A model generated the notes under the pieces. That model saw nothing but the letters and a program-made list of their open reading frames with translations. It was not told the DNA's origin and made no database searches. From assembly GCA_041601615.1 (NCBI GenBank), contig JBFIHX010000005.1, positions 1 to 64,000 of the forward strand: a DNA stretch of 64,000 nucleotides, in the 5' to 3' direction. This DNA is from Thermoplasmatota archaeon. GTDB lineage: Archaea; Thermoplasmatota; E2; JACPAO01; JAHFTW01. Made by a program: the position numbers and the translations under genes. Shown here in pieces: positions 28,087-37,397 of this stretch; the first letter of the stretch is position 1, and the number at the start of each line of letters is the position of its first letter.

Positions 28087-29679
28087 TCAGGGTTGTGGTG
28101 GTACGAGTTTTCGCGCTCCTGTTGCGATGGCGCCTAGAAGTGCAAGGAGGGCCACGAGGGCAGGCCCAGGCGCATCGGCACCCGCCGCGGGCGCCGCCGC
28201 GGTCGCTTCGAGCATCAGCACTTGGCGCGTGTTGCCGTTTGCGGTGGAGGCTTCGATGGCAAATTCGTGGGTTCCTGGGGCGAGGTCTTCGAGGGTGAAT
28301 TCCCATCGCCCGTTGCTTGGGAAGGGGATGAGGACTTGTTTGTCGAGGAATGCGGTGACGCCGTCGGTTACTGCGGCGCCGGTTTCGTCGGTGATGTTGG
28401 CGACGATGCGGAAGGCGTTGGGGCCGAGCCGGTGGGCGGTGGCGTTGATGTGGCGGTCGCCGGCCATGGGTTTGCCTGCGTGGAAGGTGCCGGTTTGGGT
28501 GGCTTGGTTGCCGGCAAGATCCGTGTAGGTCACGGTGTAGTTGTGGTCGGTGTCGGGTTGGAGGCCGATGAGGCGGAAGGTGTGATCAAAGGCGGCGCGC
28601 ACGGTGCGTTTCTCGTAGTTGTCGCCGATGCGGAGGGTGGCGGTGCCGGGTTCGTTGGCGTTGGCGATGAGCACGGGGGTGCGTTCGTGGGGTGCCCATG
28701 GTTCGGTGGCGAGGACCAGGACGGTGAACGTGGGGTCTGTGCGGTCGTCTTGGAGGGTGACGCGTCCGCTGAGGCCGGCGGGTAGGCGGAGCCAGAGGGT
28801 GCTGTCGGTGGCGTGGAAGCTGAAGGGGCCGCGGGCGTCGTTGAGGATGGCTTCGAGGGTTGCGGGGGTGGCGATGCGGTCGGCGGCGCGTAGGATGGGT
28901 CGGAGGGTGCCGGGTTCGAGGCCGTTGATGTCGAGGCGGACGAGGAGGTCTTCTGCGCCTTCGCCGATGGTGCCGACGGTGTTGATGCCGAGGGTGGTCC
29001 CGTCCCAGTCTGTGATGGAAAAGGGGGCGCTGCGCACGCGCATCCAGTCGGCGGTGGCGTCGCCGCTGGCGCCGAGGTGGATGTTGGCCCATGCGCCGGC
29101 TCGGGGGGCGTGGTCGTGGATGTTGGGTCCGGTTGCGCGTGTTACGGCGAGGCCCATGGTTGCTTCGAAGAGGGCGGTGAGGGTTGTGCCGTCGGCTTGG
29201 AGGGTGCCGGGCTCGTCGAGGTGGATGCGGGCGGTGCCGCTGGTGGCGCCTTGGCGGTCTTCGTCGACGATCCAGGCTTCGGTGCCCGAGAGGGTGGCGG
29301 TGCCGCTTTGGGCGCGGAGGGTAATCCATCCGTATTCGTTGTCGTGGAGGCTGAGGGCGCCGGTTTCGGCGTTGTCTTCGAGGATGGCCAGGGGTCCGTC
29401 GTGGTGCCAGGTGCCGGTGTTCCAGGCGAGCGACGGCAGCGTGAGCACACCGTTGACGTGCACGGCTTGGAGTCCGGCCGGGGCGGCCGTGGCTTCGACG
29501 AAGTGGCCGCGTAGCGTGGTGTCTTGGAGGGTGAAGGCGCCGATGGTTGTGGAGGTGGCGCCGGCGCCTAGGTATTGAACGGCGTCGGGCCAGTTGTTCT
29601 CGTGAGCCGAGGCCGTGGGCATGTTGAGGGTGAGTAGAAGCAGGACGAGCAGTGTTAGTAGGTGGACAGGTCGGCGCAT
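28087..29679 (-). CDS. Secreted surface protein with FN3/Ig-like domains and PGF-CTERM-like anchor
   Basis: Signal peptide; GLQPDT..YTV..TDLAGN; C-terminal APGP + TM + RK. Confidence 0.72.
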   Translation of the reverse strand: MRRPVHLLTLLVLLLLTLNMPTASAHENNWPDAVQYLGAGATSTTIGAFTLQDTTLRGHFVEATAAPAGLQAVHVNGVLTLPSLAWNTGTWHHDGPLAILEDNAETGALSLHDNEYGWITLRAQSGTATLSGTEAWIVDEDRQGATSGTARIHLDEPGTLQADGTTLTALFEATMGLAVTRATGPNIHDHAPRAGAWANIHLGASGDATADWMRVRSAPFSITDWDGTTLGINTVGTIGEGAEDLLVRLDINGLEPGTLRPILRAADRIATPATLEAILNDARGPFSFHATDSTLWLRLPAGLSGRVTLQDDRTDPTFTVLVLATEPWAPHERTPVLIANANEPGTATLRIGDNYEKRTVRAAFDHTFRLIGLQPDTDHNYTVTYTDLAGNQATQTGTFHAGKPMAGDRHINATAHRLGPNAFRIVANITDETGAAVTDGVTAFLDKQVLIPFPSNGRWEFTLEDLAPGTHEFAIEASTANGNTRQVLMLEATAAAPAAGADAPGPALVALLALLGAIATGARKLVPPQP

Positions 29680-29766
29680 GGCGTCACCAAGAAAGGGGGG
29701 TGGAGGAAAAAGGAGGGGAATAAGGAGGGAAAAAGGGTGCGAAGGTGCAGCCTGCGATGTGCGGGC

Positions 29767-31326
29767 CTAGACCGATTCGGTCTCGCAGTTGCCGCTGGCG
29801 GCGTGGCCGGCAGCACTGTCCCAGCCGAAGCCGGCCTTTGCCATGTTGGTGACGCAGCTCGTGTAGGTGCCGCTGCCGGCCTTGCTCCATTGGAACGTGA
29901 CGCTGCCGTCGCCGCCGGTGCTGGCGGTGCCGCCGGCACTTCCGCCGCCTGCCTTGCTGACGGTGATGGTCACGGCGACGCCGTCTTGGGCGGCTTCGGT
30001 GTCGTCAAAGCTCCAGACTTGGATGAACACGTTGCCTTTGCTCGGGGAGCCTTGGCGCCAGTGGTCGATGTCGTGGGTGTGGAGTTCGTCGGTGGGCGGG
30101 GGCGGGATGCAGGCAGCTCCTCCTCCGACGGCGGTGCAGGCGTTGACGCCACCGCTGCCTTGTTGGTTCGAGGTGTGTCCGAGGTCGTCGGCGGTGTTCT
30201 TGAGTTGGTTGCGCAGCTGCGTGTTGGTGTAGCTGCCCGTGTCGAGGACGAGGGCGGCGACGCCGGCGACGTGCGGCGTGGCCATGCTGGTGCCCGTGAG
30301 GCTGGCGTAGCTGCCTCGGTAGGTGCTGAGCACACTGACGCCGGGGCCGACGATTTCGATTTGCGAGCCGGTGTTGCTGTAGGTGTACATGGCGCCGGCC
30401 GAGTCGACGGCTCCGACGGCCATGGCGTTGGCGACACTGGCTGGGAAGCCGACGGCGCCGGCGTCGTTTCCGCTTGCGACGGTGACGAGTGCGCCCTTGG
30501 TGTTGTAGGCGTAGTTGATGGCGTCGACGGTGGCTTGGTCGTAGCAACCGGCGGCGCAGCCGAGGCTCATGGTGATGATGTCCGCGCCTTGGTCTGCGGC
30601 GTAGGTGATGCCGTTGGCGATGGCGGCGAAGCTACCGGAGCAGCCGTAGAGTGGGTTGATGTATTCTAGGACCTGCACGGGCAGGATGGTGGTCTGGGCG
30701 GTGCCGGCGACACCGATGCCGTTGTTGGTGAGGGCGCCGACGGTGCCGGCAACGTGCGTGCCGTGGCCGCAGTTGTTGCTGTCGACGGGGTTGCTGTCGC
30801 CGTTGGCAAAGTCGTAGCCTTGCAGGTAGTTGCCGATGTCGGGGTGGTTCTTGTCCAGGCCGGTGTCCAGCACTGCGACGGTGACGCCGGTGGTGCCGGT
30901 GGTTACGTCCCAGGCGAGGTAGGCGTTGATGCCGGGGCTCGGGTTCCAGCCCCATTGGCTGCCGATTTGGGGGTCGTTCGGGGTGAACTGGGTGCGCATG
31001 GCGACCGGGCTGTCCTCGGTGATGTAGCGAACGGTGGGGTCCGTCTGGGCGCCGAGCAGGAAGGTAGCGGCGTTGTCCGTGGTGACGCTGATGAAGTCGA
31101 TGGCGTTGTTGACGGAGGTGATGGTGGCTCCGTAGAACTGGTCGCCGACGCCGTAGGTGGGGTCTTCGGTGAGGCCCACGATGTACATGGCGGGGTTGTC
31201 GTCTAGGAGGGAGTCGAGCACCATATTGGCGGCGTCTACGCGAAGTTCGGTAACGGCCGATGTGGGCGCGATGGCGATTGTGGCCAGCATCAGTGCACTG
31301 GCAATTAGGGTTGTTTTGATTCTCAT
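29767..31326 (-). CDS. Subtilisin-like (thermitase-type) extracellular protease with C-terminal beta domain
   Basis: Signal and propeptide; LDTG, HGTHVAG and GTSMATPHV; PPPP linker. Confidence 0.95.
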   Translation of the reverse strand: MRIKTTLIASALMLATIAIAPTSAVTELRVDAANMVLDSLLDDNPAMYIVGLTEDPTYGVGDQFYGATITSVNNAIDFISVTTDNAATFLLGAQTDPTVRYITEDSPVAMRTQFTPNDPQIGSQWGWNPSPGINAYLAWDVTTGTTGVTVAVLDTGLDKNHPDIGNYLQGYDFANGDSNPVDSNNCGHGTHVAGTVGALTNNGIGVAGTAQTTILPVQVLEYINPLYGCSGSFAAIANGITYAADQGADIITMSLGCAAGCYDQATVDAINYAYNTKGALVTVASGNDAGAVGFPASVANAMAVGAVDSAGAMYTYSNTGSQIEIVGPGVSVLSTYRGSYASLTGTSMATPHVAGVAALVLDTGSYTNTQLRNQLKNTADDLGHTSNQQGSGGVNACTAVGGGAACIPPPPTDELHTHDIDHWRQGSPSKGNVFIQVWSFDDTEAAQDGVAVTITVSKAGGGSAGGTASTGGDGSVTFQWSKAGSGTYTSCVTNMAKAGFGWDSAAGHAASGNCETESV

Positions 31327-31601
31327 GGAGAGTCCTCTTTGGTGACCGTCTTGGGCGGTCGATTTGGCACCTAACTTGGTTTATTAACAAGTATGGGAAA
31401 ACAAATGGTTTTGTATGTACAATTTTGGCCAATACTTGGTTTTATCTGTTAATATATGATTTGGATATAGACGGTCCACCGCGAAAAGAATATGTTACCA
31501 ACCTGACTTGCGACACGGTTGCAGGGGTCAAAGGAGCGCTCCCGCGTCCCACACATGGGCTCGGCCCAACCCTCAAAGCCGCGACTCGTCTGCGAACACG
31601 C
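31327..31601. promoter_or_regulatory. AT-rich divergent promoter region (protease / polC)
   Basis: AT-rich stretch with TATA-like TTATTAA and TTAATATA in a GC-rich background, between divergent genes. Confidence 0.5.
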
Positions 31602-34600
31602 ATGGAGGGGTCCACTGCCGCGCCGCCGGAGCCTGCCGGAGCGCAGGCAACCGAGACTGAACGACGCGGCCCCGCCATGAGTCCCTCCCAGAAGGCGTAT
31701 TTCGAGGGCTTGTACGCAGAAGCAATGCGTGCCTATGCATTGGCCAAACAAGCCCGACGCAAGGGACGAGATCCGAGCCTAGAAGTGGAAATTCCACCCG
31801 CCGAAGACCTAGCCGCCCGCGTCGAAGCCCAAGTCGGGCCTCCAGGTGTTGCCGAGCGCATTCGTCAAGCCACCAAGGAAATCGGCAACCGCGAACTCGT
31901 GAGCCTGCGCGTCGCTTCCGAAGTGGCTAGCGACTTGTTGGCCAAGGGCGAGAAGAAGGAAAAATGCCTGGACAACGCCGTGCGCACCGGCCTATCCATT
32001 CTGACCGAAGGCGTACTGGTTGCTCCGCTCGAAGGTATTGCTGAGGTGAAAATCGGCCTCAACATGGACGGCACCGACTACGTGGACCTGTTCTTTGCAG
32101 GCCCCATTCGCGCCGCTGGCGGAACCGGCCAGGCCATGAGCGTCCTGATTGCCGATGTGGTACGCCGCGAGCTTGGGATCGGACGATTTGTGCCCACCGA
32201 CGCCGAAGTGGAGCGCTACAAAGAGGAAATTCCCGCCTACAAGCAAGCGGCCAACCTCCAGTACACGCCCACGGCGCCCGAAATCGAACTCATTGCCAAG
32301 AACTGCCCCGTCTGCATCAATGGCGAAGGCACGGAGCAAGAAGAGGTCACGGGCAACCGCGATTTGCCCCGCGTCGAAGGCAACCGTTTGCGTGGCGGCG
32401 CCTGTCTCGTCATGGCAGAAGGCCTCGTCCTCAAAGCTCCAAAGCTCATGAAGCACGTGGAAAAACTCGGCCTAGAGAGCTGGGATTTTCTTGGCGAGTT
32501 CATGAAAAAGGGCAAAAAGGACGACGACGGCGCCGAAGAAGACCCCAACGCGCTGCCGGTCATCGCACCCAACCCCAAATTCGTGCGCGACATCATCGCC
32601 GGACGACCCGTATTCAGCCACCCCAGCCGCGAAGGAGGATTTCGGCTGCGATACGGGCGCGCCCGCACCGGAGGCCTTGCCAGCAATGCGTTCCACCCCG
32701 CTACCATGAGTCTCGTGGATGACTTTCTGGCCGTCGGCACCCAACTGAAGGTAGAACGACCCGGAAAGGGAACGCTTGCGACTCCGTGTGACACCATCGA
32801 GGGCCCGACGGTGCTTCTGAAAAACGGCAGCCTGCGCCGCTTACACAGCATTGCCGAGGTCAAGGCAATCCGGCCTGCCATCGTCGAAATCCTGGATCTT
32901 GGCGAGATTCTCATTCCCTTTGGCGAGTTCACGGAAAACAACGCCAACCTGCCGCATGCGTCCTACTGCTGGGAATGGTGGATCCAAGAATTCCAGGCGG
33001 CCACCGGCGCGACCGAGGACCTACACCCCACGGGAAGCCTCACCGGGGAAGCCATGGTGGAACTGGCCGAAACCACAAGAACACCCTTGCACCCCGACGG
33101 CACCGTCCTCTGGCACGACATCAAAGGCGAGCATATTCGGGAGCTAAGCCAATGGGTGCGCGACCACGGCGTCTGGGACAACGACCGGCTTCTGCTGCAC
33201 GACACCGCCGGCACCGGCGCCGGAACGCCTGCCGAAGCCGCCATCGCACACCTCCAGACGCTCCTTTGTCGCTACGAAGTCGAAGGCACCCAAGTGCGCA
33301 TCGAACCCACCCTCAGCCTGCCCCTTCTGCGCTGCCTCGGCCTCGACCGCGACGGCGACAAAGTCATCGAAACCCCACGACGACGCCTCCTCTACGACCC
33401 TTGCCAACCGGACCCCGTCACCCAGTACCCGACCGTGGAACTGGCAAGCCGACTTGCAGGATTCCCCGTCCGCCCCCGCGCCCCCTGCCGCGTCGGAGGC
33501 CGCATGGGCCGCCCCGAAAAAGCCGACGTACGCAAAATGCAACCACCGACGCACGCGCTCTTCCCCATCGGACAAGCCGCCGGGAACCAACGCCAAATCG
33601 CCGACGCGCTCAAGAAAGGCCGCATCGAAGTGGACGTAGGTGAACGCACTTGCGCCGGCTGCGGATCACGCGAACAATGGCGCATCGAATGCGATCGTTG
33701 CGGCGGACGCACGGAGCCATCCCCTGCCAAGCCCGGCCAAAGCTCCTTCGACCGCGTCGACCGCGTCATCGACCTACGCGCCGAAGTCGAACGCGCCACC
33801 AAAGGCCTCGGCATCGGCAAAATTCCCGACACCAAGTGCATGGTGAAGGTGATCAACAAAGAGCGCACCCCAGAACCACTCGAAAAGGGCATCCTGCGCG
33901 CCAAGCACCAACTCTGGACCTTCAAAGACGGCACCATCCGCTACGACATGACGGACGTGCCGATTACCCACTTCAACCCCCGCGAAATCCACGCCACCGT
34001 CGACCAGCTCAAGGGCATGGGCTACACCCACGACTGCAAAGGCGCCCCCCTCGAACGTGACGATCAGATCCTAGAACTGCGCGTCCAAGACATCGTGGTC
34101 AGCAAGGGCTGCATGGATTATTTCCTGCGCGTCGCCCAGTACGTCGACGAACTGATGGTCAAATTCTATGGCATCAAGCCTTACTACGAAGCGACCGAAC
34201 GAGACGACCTGATCGGGGCATTGGCGATTGGATTGGCACCGCACACGAGTGGGGGTGTCCTCTGTCGCATTATTGGTTGGACTAAGGCGCAATGCCACTA
34301 TGGCCACCCATATTTTCATGCAGCAAAACGCCGTAACTGTGATGGTGATGAAGATGCTGCAATGTTGCTTATGGATGGACTCCTAAACTTCAGCCGCGGC
34401 TACATCCCCGACCGCCGCGGCGGCCTCATGGACCTGCCCCTCGTTCTCACCACGCGCCTCGATCCCAACGAAATCGACAAGGAAGCGCACAACGTGGACT
34501 GCCATAATCGCTACCCCTTGGCGTTCTTCGAGGCGACCACGCGCCACGCCAACCCGAAGGAGGTCACCGGAATCATGGACCTCGTCGAGGGCCGCGTCGG

Positions 34601-35093
34601 CACGCCCGCCCAGTACGAGGGCTTCGGCTTCACCCACGACACCCGCGACATCGCCGAGGGCCCCGACTTGTCCGCCTACAAGGTCTTGGAGACCATGATG
34701 GACAAAATGACGGCGCAGATGGAACTGGGGCGAAAAATCCGAGCCGTGGACGAAGCCGACGTGGGCGCCAAAGTGATCGGAACCCACTTCCTGCCCGATC
34801 TTATGGGCAATCTCAAGGCGTTCAGCAAACAGAAAGTGCGCTGTCCGCAGTGCAACACCAAGTATCGCCGCATGCCGCTCAAGGGCTGCTGCCTGTCCTG
34901 TGGCAACCCCAAATTGACCCTGACGGTCCACGAAGGGTCCGTGCGAAAGTACCTCAACATCTCGAAGGAAATCGCCGTCCGGTACAACATCGACCCGTAC
35001 ACCCACCAGCGGATTCTGCTGCTGGAGCAGGCCGTGGAATCGTTGTTCAACAATGATAAGGTGAAGAAGGCCAAGTTGGACGATTTCTTCTGA
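31602..35093 (+). CDS. polC: Archaeal DNA polymerase D large subunit (DP2), intein-free
   Basis: GPIRAAGGT, GGFRLRYGRAR, GRMGRPEK, FKDGTIRYD, HAAKRRNCDGDED; Zn fingers; C-terminal PIP-like KKAKLDDFF. Confidence 0.98.
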   Translation: MEGSTAAPPEPAGAQATETERRGPAMSPSQKAYFEGLYAEAMRAYALAKQARRKGRDPSLEVEIPPAEDLAARVEAQVGPPGVAERIRQATKEIGNRELVSLRVASEVASDLLAKGEKKEKCLDNAVRTGLSILTEGVLVAPLEGIAEVKIGLNMDGTDYVDLFFAGPIRAAGGTGQAMSVLIADVVRRELGIGRFVPTDAEVERYKEEIPAYKQAANLQYTPTAPEIELIAKNCPVCINGEGTEQEEVTGNRDLPRVEGNRLRGGACLVMAEGLVLKAPKLMKHVEKLGLESWDFLGEFMKKGKKDDDGAEEDPNALPVIAPNPKFVRDIIAGRPVFSHPSREGGFRLRYGRARTGGLASNAFHPATMSLVDDFLAVGTQLKVERPGKGTLATPCDTIEGPTVLLKNGSLRRLHSIAEVKAIRPAIVEILDLGEILIPFGEFTENNANLPHASYCWEWWIQEFQAATGATEDLHPTGSLTGEAMVELAETTRTPLHPDGTVLWHDIKGEHIRELSQWVRDHGVWDNDRLLLHDTAGTGAGTPAEAAIAHLQTLLCRYEVEGTQVRIEPTLSLPLLRCLGLDRDGDKVIETPRRRLLYDPCQPDPVTQYPTVELASRLAGFPVRPRAPCRVGGRMGRPEKADVRKMQPPTHALFPIGQAAGNQRQIADALKKGRIEVDVGERTCAGCGSREQWRIECDRCGGRTEPSPAKPGQSSFDRVDRVIDLRAEVERATKGLGIGKIPDTKCMVKVINKERTPEPLEKGILRAKHQLWTFKDGTIRYDMTDVPITHFNPREIHATVDQLKGMGYTHDCKGAPLERDDQILELRVQDIVVSKGCMDYFLRVAQYVDELMVKFYGIKPYYEATERDDLIGALAIGLAPHTSGGVLCRIIGWTKAQCHYGHPYFHAAKRRNCDGDEDAAMLLMDGLLNFSRGYIPDRRGGLMDLPLVLTTRLDPNEIDKEAHNVDCHNRYPLAFFEATTRHANPKEVTGIMDLVEGRVGTPAQYEGFGFTHDTRDIAEGPDLSAYKVLETMMDKMTAQMELGRKIRAVDEADVGAKVIGTHFLPDLMGNLKAFSKQKVRCPQCNTKYRRMPLKGCCLSCGNPKLTLTVHEGSVRKYLNISKEIAVRYNIDPYTHQRILLLEQAVESLFNNDKVKKAKLDDFF

Positions 35094-35264
35094 GTCGGAC
35101 GGCGCAGCTCGGGGTTTCCAAGGGGCGGCGCCCCTTGGAATGGCAAGGTGAAGAAGGCGAAGTTGGACGATTTCTTCTGAGTCGGACGGCGCAGCTCGGG
35201 GTTTCCAAGGTGCAGCCCCCATTGGAATGGCAAGGTAAAGAAGGCGAAGTTGGATGATTTTTTC
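35058..35264 (+). repeat. 87-bp-period tandem duplication of the polC 3' end plus REP-like hairpin
   Basis: AAGGTGAAGAAGGC.AAGTTGGA.GATTT.TTC starts at 35058, 35145 and 35232; TTCCAAGGGGCGGCGCCCCTTGGAA hairpin lies between copies. Confidence 0.92.
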
Positions 35265-35309
35265 TTGGTTGGGTGGCGTAGGTTGGGGTTGCGGCGGCTA
35301 CACAGGGAG

Positions 35310-36082
35310 TTAGGCCGCGTTCGTCACGACCACGAGCAAGGCCCTGCGTATTTTCCGCCGCCCGCCAAGTCCTAATTTTCACCGCTCATGCCCGAAACGT
35401 GCATCCCGAGCCGCTATTCGTTTTCACCGTACGCGATATTAGGGAGCGCTTAGAACGTCGTCACCCATACGACATGATCCGCATGGGAGGGCTGCTCCGA
35501 CATCTATTGCTCGATGGCTCCACCCTACTTTCGCAAGCCAACATGCGTCATGGGGAGGTCTTGAAATATTCCGTCGTCGATTTTGGAGCGCACGGTGGCA
35601 TTGTTGCCGATGACGGAACTATCCCCATGTGCGACCACGTAATCGCCCCTAATTTTGACGATCTAGGGGAACCCTATGTTGACCATGTTGACTTGCCGAC
35701 GTTTTTAGCAATGACCTGCTTCCACACCCCCGACCAGACGTTTTCCGTTAAGGACGTGATTCGCTTCGCGTCGCATGTGCAGGGTGGTATTCATAGTGGA
35801 CATCCACGTGGCGAAAAAGAACATCACCAGCAAAGCGCCTCCTACTTACCTACGATGTCCATGCGCGCTTGGGACCAAAGCATAATCCAGGTCGTGCTCG
35901 TCGTCCTGCGAGCGATGCGCCCGCTAATGTCTCGCATCGAAGGTACTTGGGGACTTGAGCCACACACGCTCGACCCGGTCTGACCACGAAGCGGGTCTCC
36001 GCGCGAACGCGGCCTAACAACTCACTCAACCCGGTCACGCGCCTCCGCGCGCTCCGGCGCGCGACGGGTTCGTTCGAGGCCG
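35310..36082 (+). mobile_element. Gene cassette C
   Basis: Cassette start GTTAGGCCGCGTTCG (35309-35323) is a perfect 15-bp complement of CGAACGCGGCCTAAC (36004-36018). Confidence 0.82.
35399..35983 (+). CDS. Hypothetical protein (cassette gene)
   Basis: 194-aa ORF with atypical codon usage; SVKDVIRFASHVQGGIHS; ends 28 bp before attC-C. Confidence 0.65.
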   Translation: MHPEPLFVFTVRDIRERLERRHPYDMIRMGGLLRHLLLDGSTLLSQANMRHGEVLKYSVVDFGAHGGIVADDGTIPMCDHVIAPNFDDLGEPYVDHVDLPTFLAMTCFHTPDQTFSVKDVIRFASHVQGGIHSGHPRGEKEHHQQSASYLPTMSMRAWDQSIIQVVLVVLRAMRPLMSRIEGTWGLEPHTLDPV

Positions 36083-36088
36083 CTATGC
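36012..36088 (+). mobile_element. attC-like site (attC-C)
   Basis: GCCTAAC-AACTC-ACTCAAC-[hairpin]-GTTCGT-TCGAGGCC-GCTATGC; R' reads GCT instead of GTT. Confidence 0.82.
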
Positions 36089-36172
36089 CTCACTTCCATG
36101 AAGCGCCGGGGTTCTCTGGCCGGGGTGTAAAGCGGTAAATATCAGGCGTTACTACATGTAACTTGGAGTAAC

Positions 36173-36397
36173 ATGCCGAAAGCTGTCATCGACTTGAGCG
36201 AACACGCCAACCGCATTGTGAACGTCGTCAAAGCACGCGATGGCATGAAGAGCAAGTCGGAGGCACTGGAACGAATCGTCGAGGACTACGAGGAATTCAT
36301 TCTTGATCCTGCGTTCAAGCCGGATTTCCAGGCTGATTTGCAGCGGATCCGCGAAGGCCAGTTCGAGGCCGTCAACGATCTCGGTGAACTTCTTTGA
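36173..36397 (+). CDS. Antitoxin, DUF2683-like (RHH)
   Basis: AVIDLSEHANRIVNVVKA..GMKSKSEAL; TTGA overlap with the toxin. Confidence 0.8.
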   Translation: MPKAVIDLSEHANRIVNVVKARDGMKSKSEALERIVEDYEEFILDPAFKPDFQADLQRIREGQFEAVNDLGELL

Positions 36398-36663
36398 CTT
36401 GGGCACTTGAAGTCAGCCCAGAATTCAAACGAGACTACCGCAAACGCTGCACCAAGGATGCAGGGTTTCGCGAAGCGGTCAACAAGAAAGTGACCCAGAT
36501 TCGTGAGAATTCATTGCACTATAAGCCGCTGCGAAAGCCATTGCAGGGGCTACGAAGAGTCCACGTGATGGGCTCGTTTGTCATTGTTTTTGAGCCCGTT
36601 GAAGGGAGTCATGTCGTCCGGTTGTTGAGGCTGGCTCATCACGATGATGCGTATGGAATCTGA
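36394..36663 (+). CDS. RelE/YafQ-family toxin
   Basis: YKPLRKPLQGLRRVHV.GSFVIVF...LAHHDDAY. Confidence 0.85.
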   Translation: MTWALEVSPEFKRDYRKRCTKDAGFREAVNKKVTQIRENSLHYKPLRKPLQGLRRVHVMGSFVIVFEPVEGSHVVRLLRLAHHDDAYGI

Positions 36664-36676
36664 TTTCCTTCGCTTG

Positions 36677-36727
36677 GCATATTAAGTCACTCAACCCGAC
36701 TCGGCACTTCGTTCGGAACCGCTGACC
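36677..36727 (+). mobile_element. Degenerate, internally deleted attC-like site (attC-D) closing the TA cassette
   Basis: GCATATT-AAGTC-ACTCAACCCGACTCGGC (17 nt identical to attC-A)..TTCGT-TCGGAACC-GCTGACC; GGCATA complements TATGCC at the cassette start. Confidence 0.6.
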
Positions 36728-36846
36728 TCGCCCGTTGCCCGCCCCTGAATCTCGGCGCCCTGGTCTCTGCCACCCCCGGATTTCCTCCATACTTTCCCCT
36801 TCATCCCCCCGAAGCCGCTAAAACCCCCCTGCGGGTCCGAGGGTCA

Positions 36847-37014
36847 ATGGCGAAGAAGTCGCAGGGCCCCGGCATCCAGTCCGCGGCTGGTCTCATCCGT
36901 TACTTTGACGCGGAAGAGAAGAACAACATCAAGATCGCGCCGGCTGCTGTGCTGATTCTTGCGGTCGTCGTGGGCGTTGCCGTGCTGTTGATGCGCGCCT
37001 TCTGGGAATACTAG
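36847..37014 (+). CDS. secG: Preprotein translocase subunit Sec61-beta (not in the ORF track)
   Basis: MAKKSQGPGIQSAAGLIRYFDAEEKNNIKIAPAAVLILAVVVGVAVLLMRAFWEY; SAAGLIRYFD signature plus one TM helix. Confidence 0.92.
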   Translation: MAKKSQGPGIQSAAGLIRYFDAEEKNNIKIAPAAVLILAVVVGVAVLLMRAFWEY

Positions 37015-37113
37015 GCCGTCTGCCGGATTCCTCCGTTTTTTCCTTTGGGTTGCCGTTGGGCCCCGTTGCCCTCTCTGCGAACGGTTAAGAGATGCGGGTC
37101 TGCATCTTCGCGT

Positions 37114-37365
37114 ATGGGCACGCCGTCCAAGGGGCGCTTCGTCCTCGTTGCTGCGGGTTCTGCCCTGTTTCTGGCGCTCCTTGCGAAGCTGGTCGCTGAT
37201 CGGTTCGTGGAGGAGCCCTTGGATTGGGTTCCGAGTGTTGTGACGGCGGTTGTCGTCGGGGCGTTTCTTGCGCTGATTGTGTTCCGGCCGCGTGGCGATG
37301 TTGGCGAGGCGGAGTTCACTGTGGAGCGCTCGGTCCGAGTTGTTCGAAGGGGAGAAGAGGAGTAG
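37114..37365 (+). CDS. Small two-TM membrane protein
   Basis: Two hydrophobic helices; TATA-like GTTAAG about 25 bp upstream. Confidence 0.55.
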   Translation: MGTPSKGRFVLVAAGSALFLALLAKLVADRFVEEPLDWVPSVVTAVVVGAFLALIVFRPRGDVGEAEFTVERSVRVVRRGEEE

Positions 37366-37397
37366 GAACGGCCGGGTTCGGCCTTTTTGCGGTATTT

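Noticed and set aside
31327-31601. Replication origin upstream of polC
   Set aside because: AT-rich, but no ORB-like repeats and no cdc6/orc1 nearby
34300-34400. Intein in DP2
   Set aside because: The KRRN-CDGDED junction is contiguous; the site is empty
35058-35264. Possible CRISPR or DGR template/variable repeats
   Set aside because: The intervening sequences are near-identical rather than unique spacers; differences are silent and not adenine-specific; no reverse transcriptase in the window
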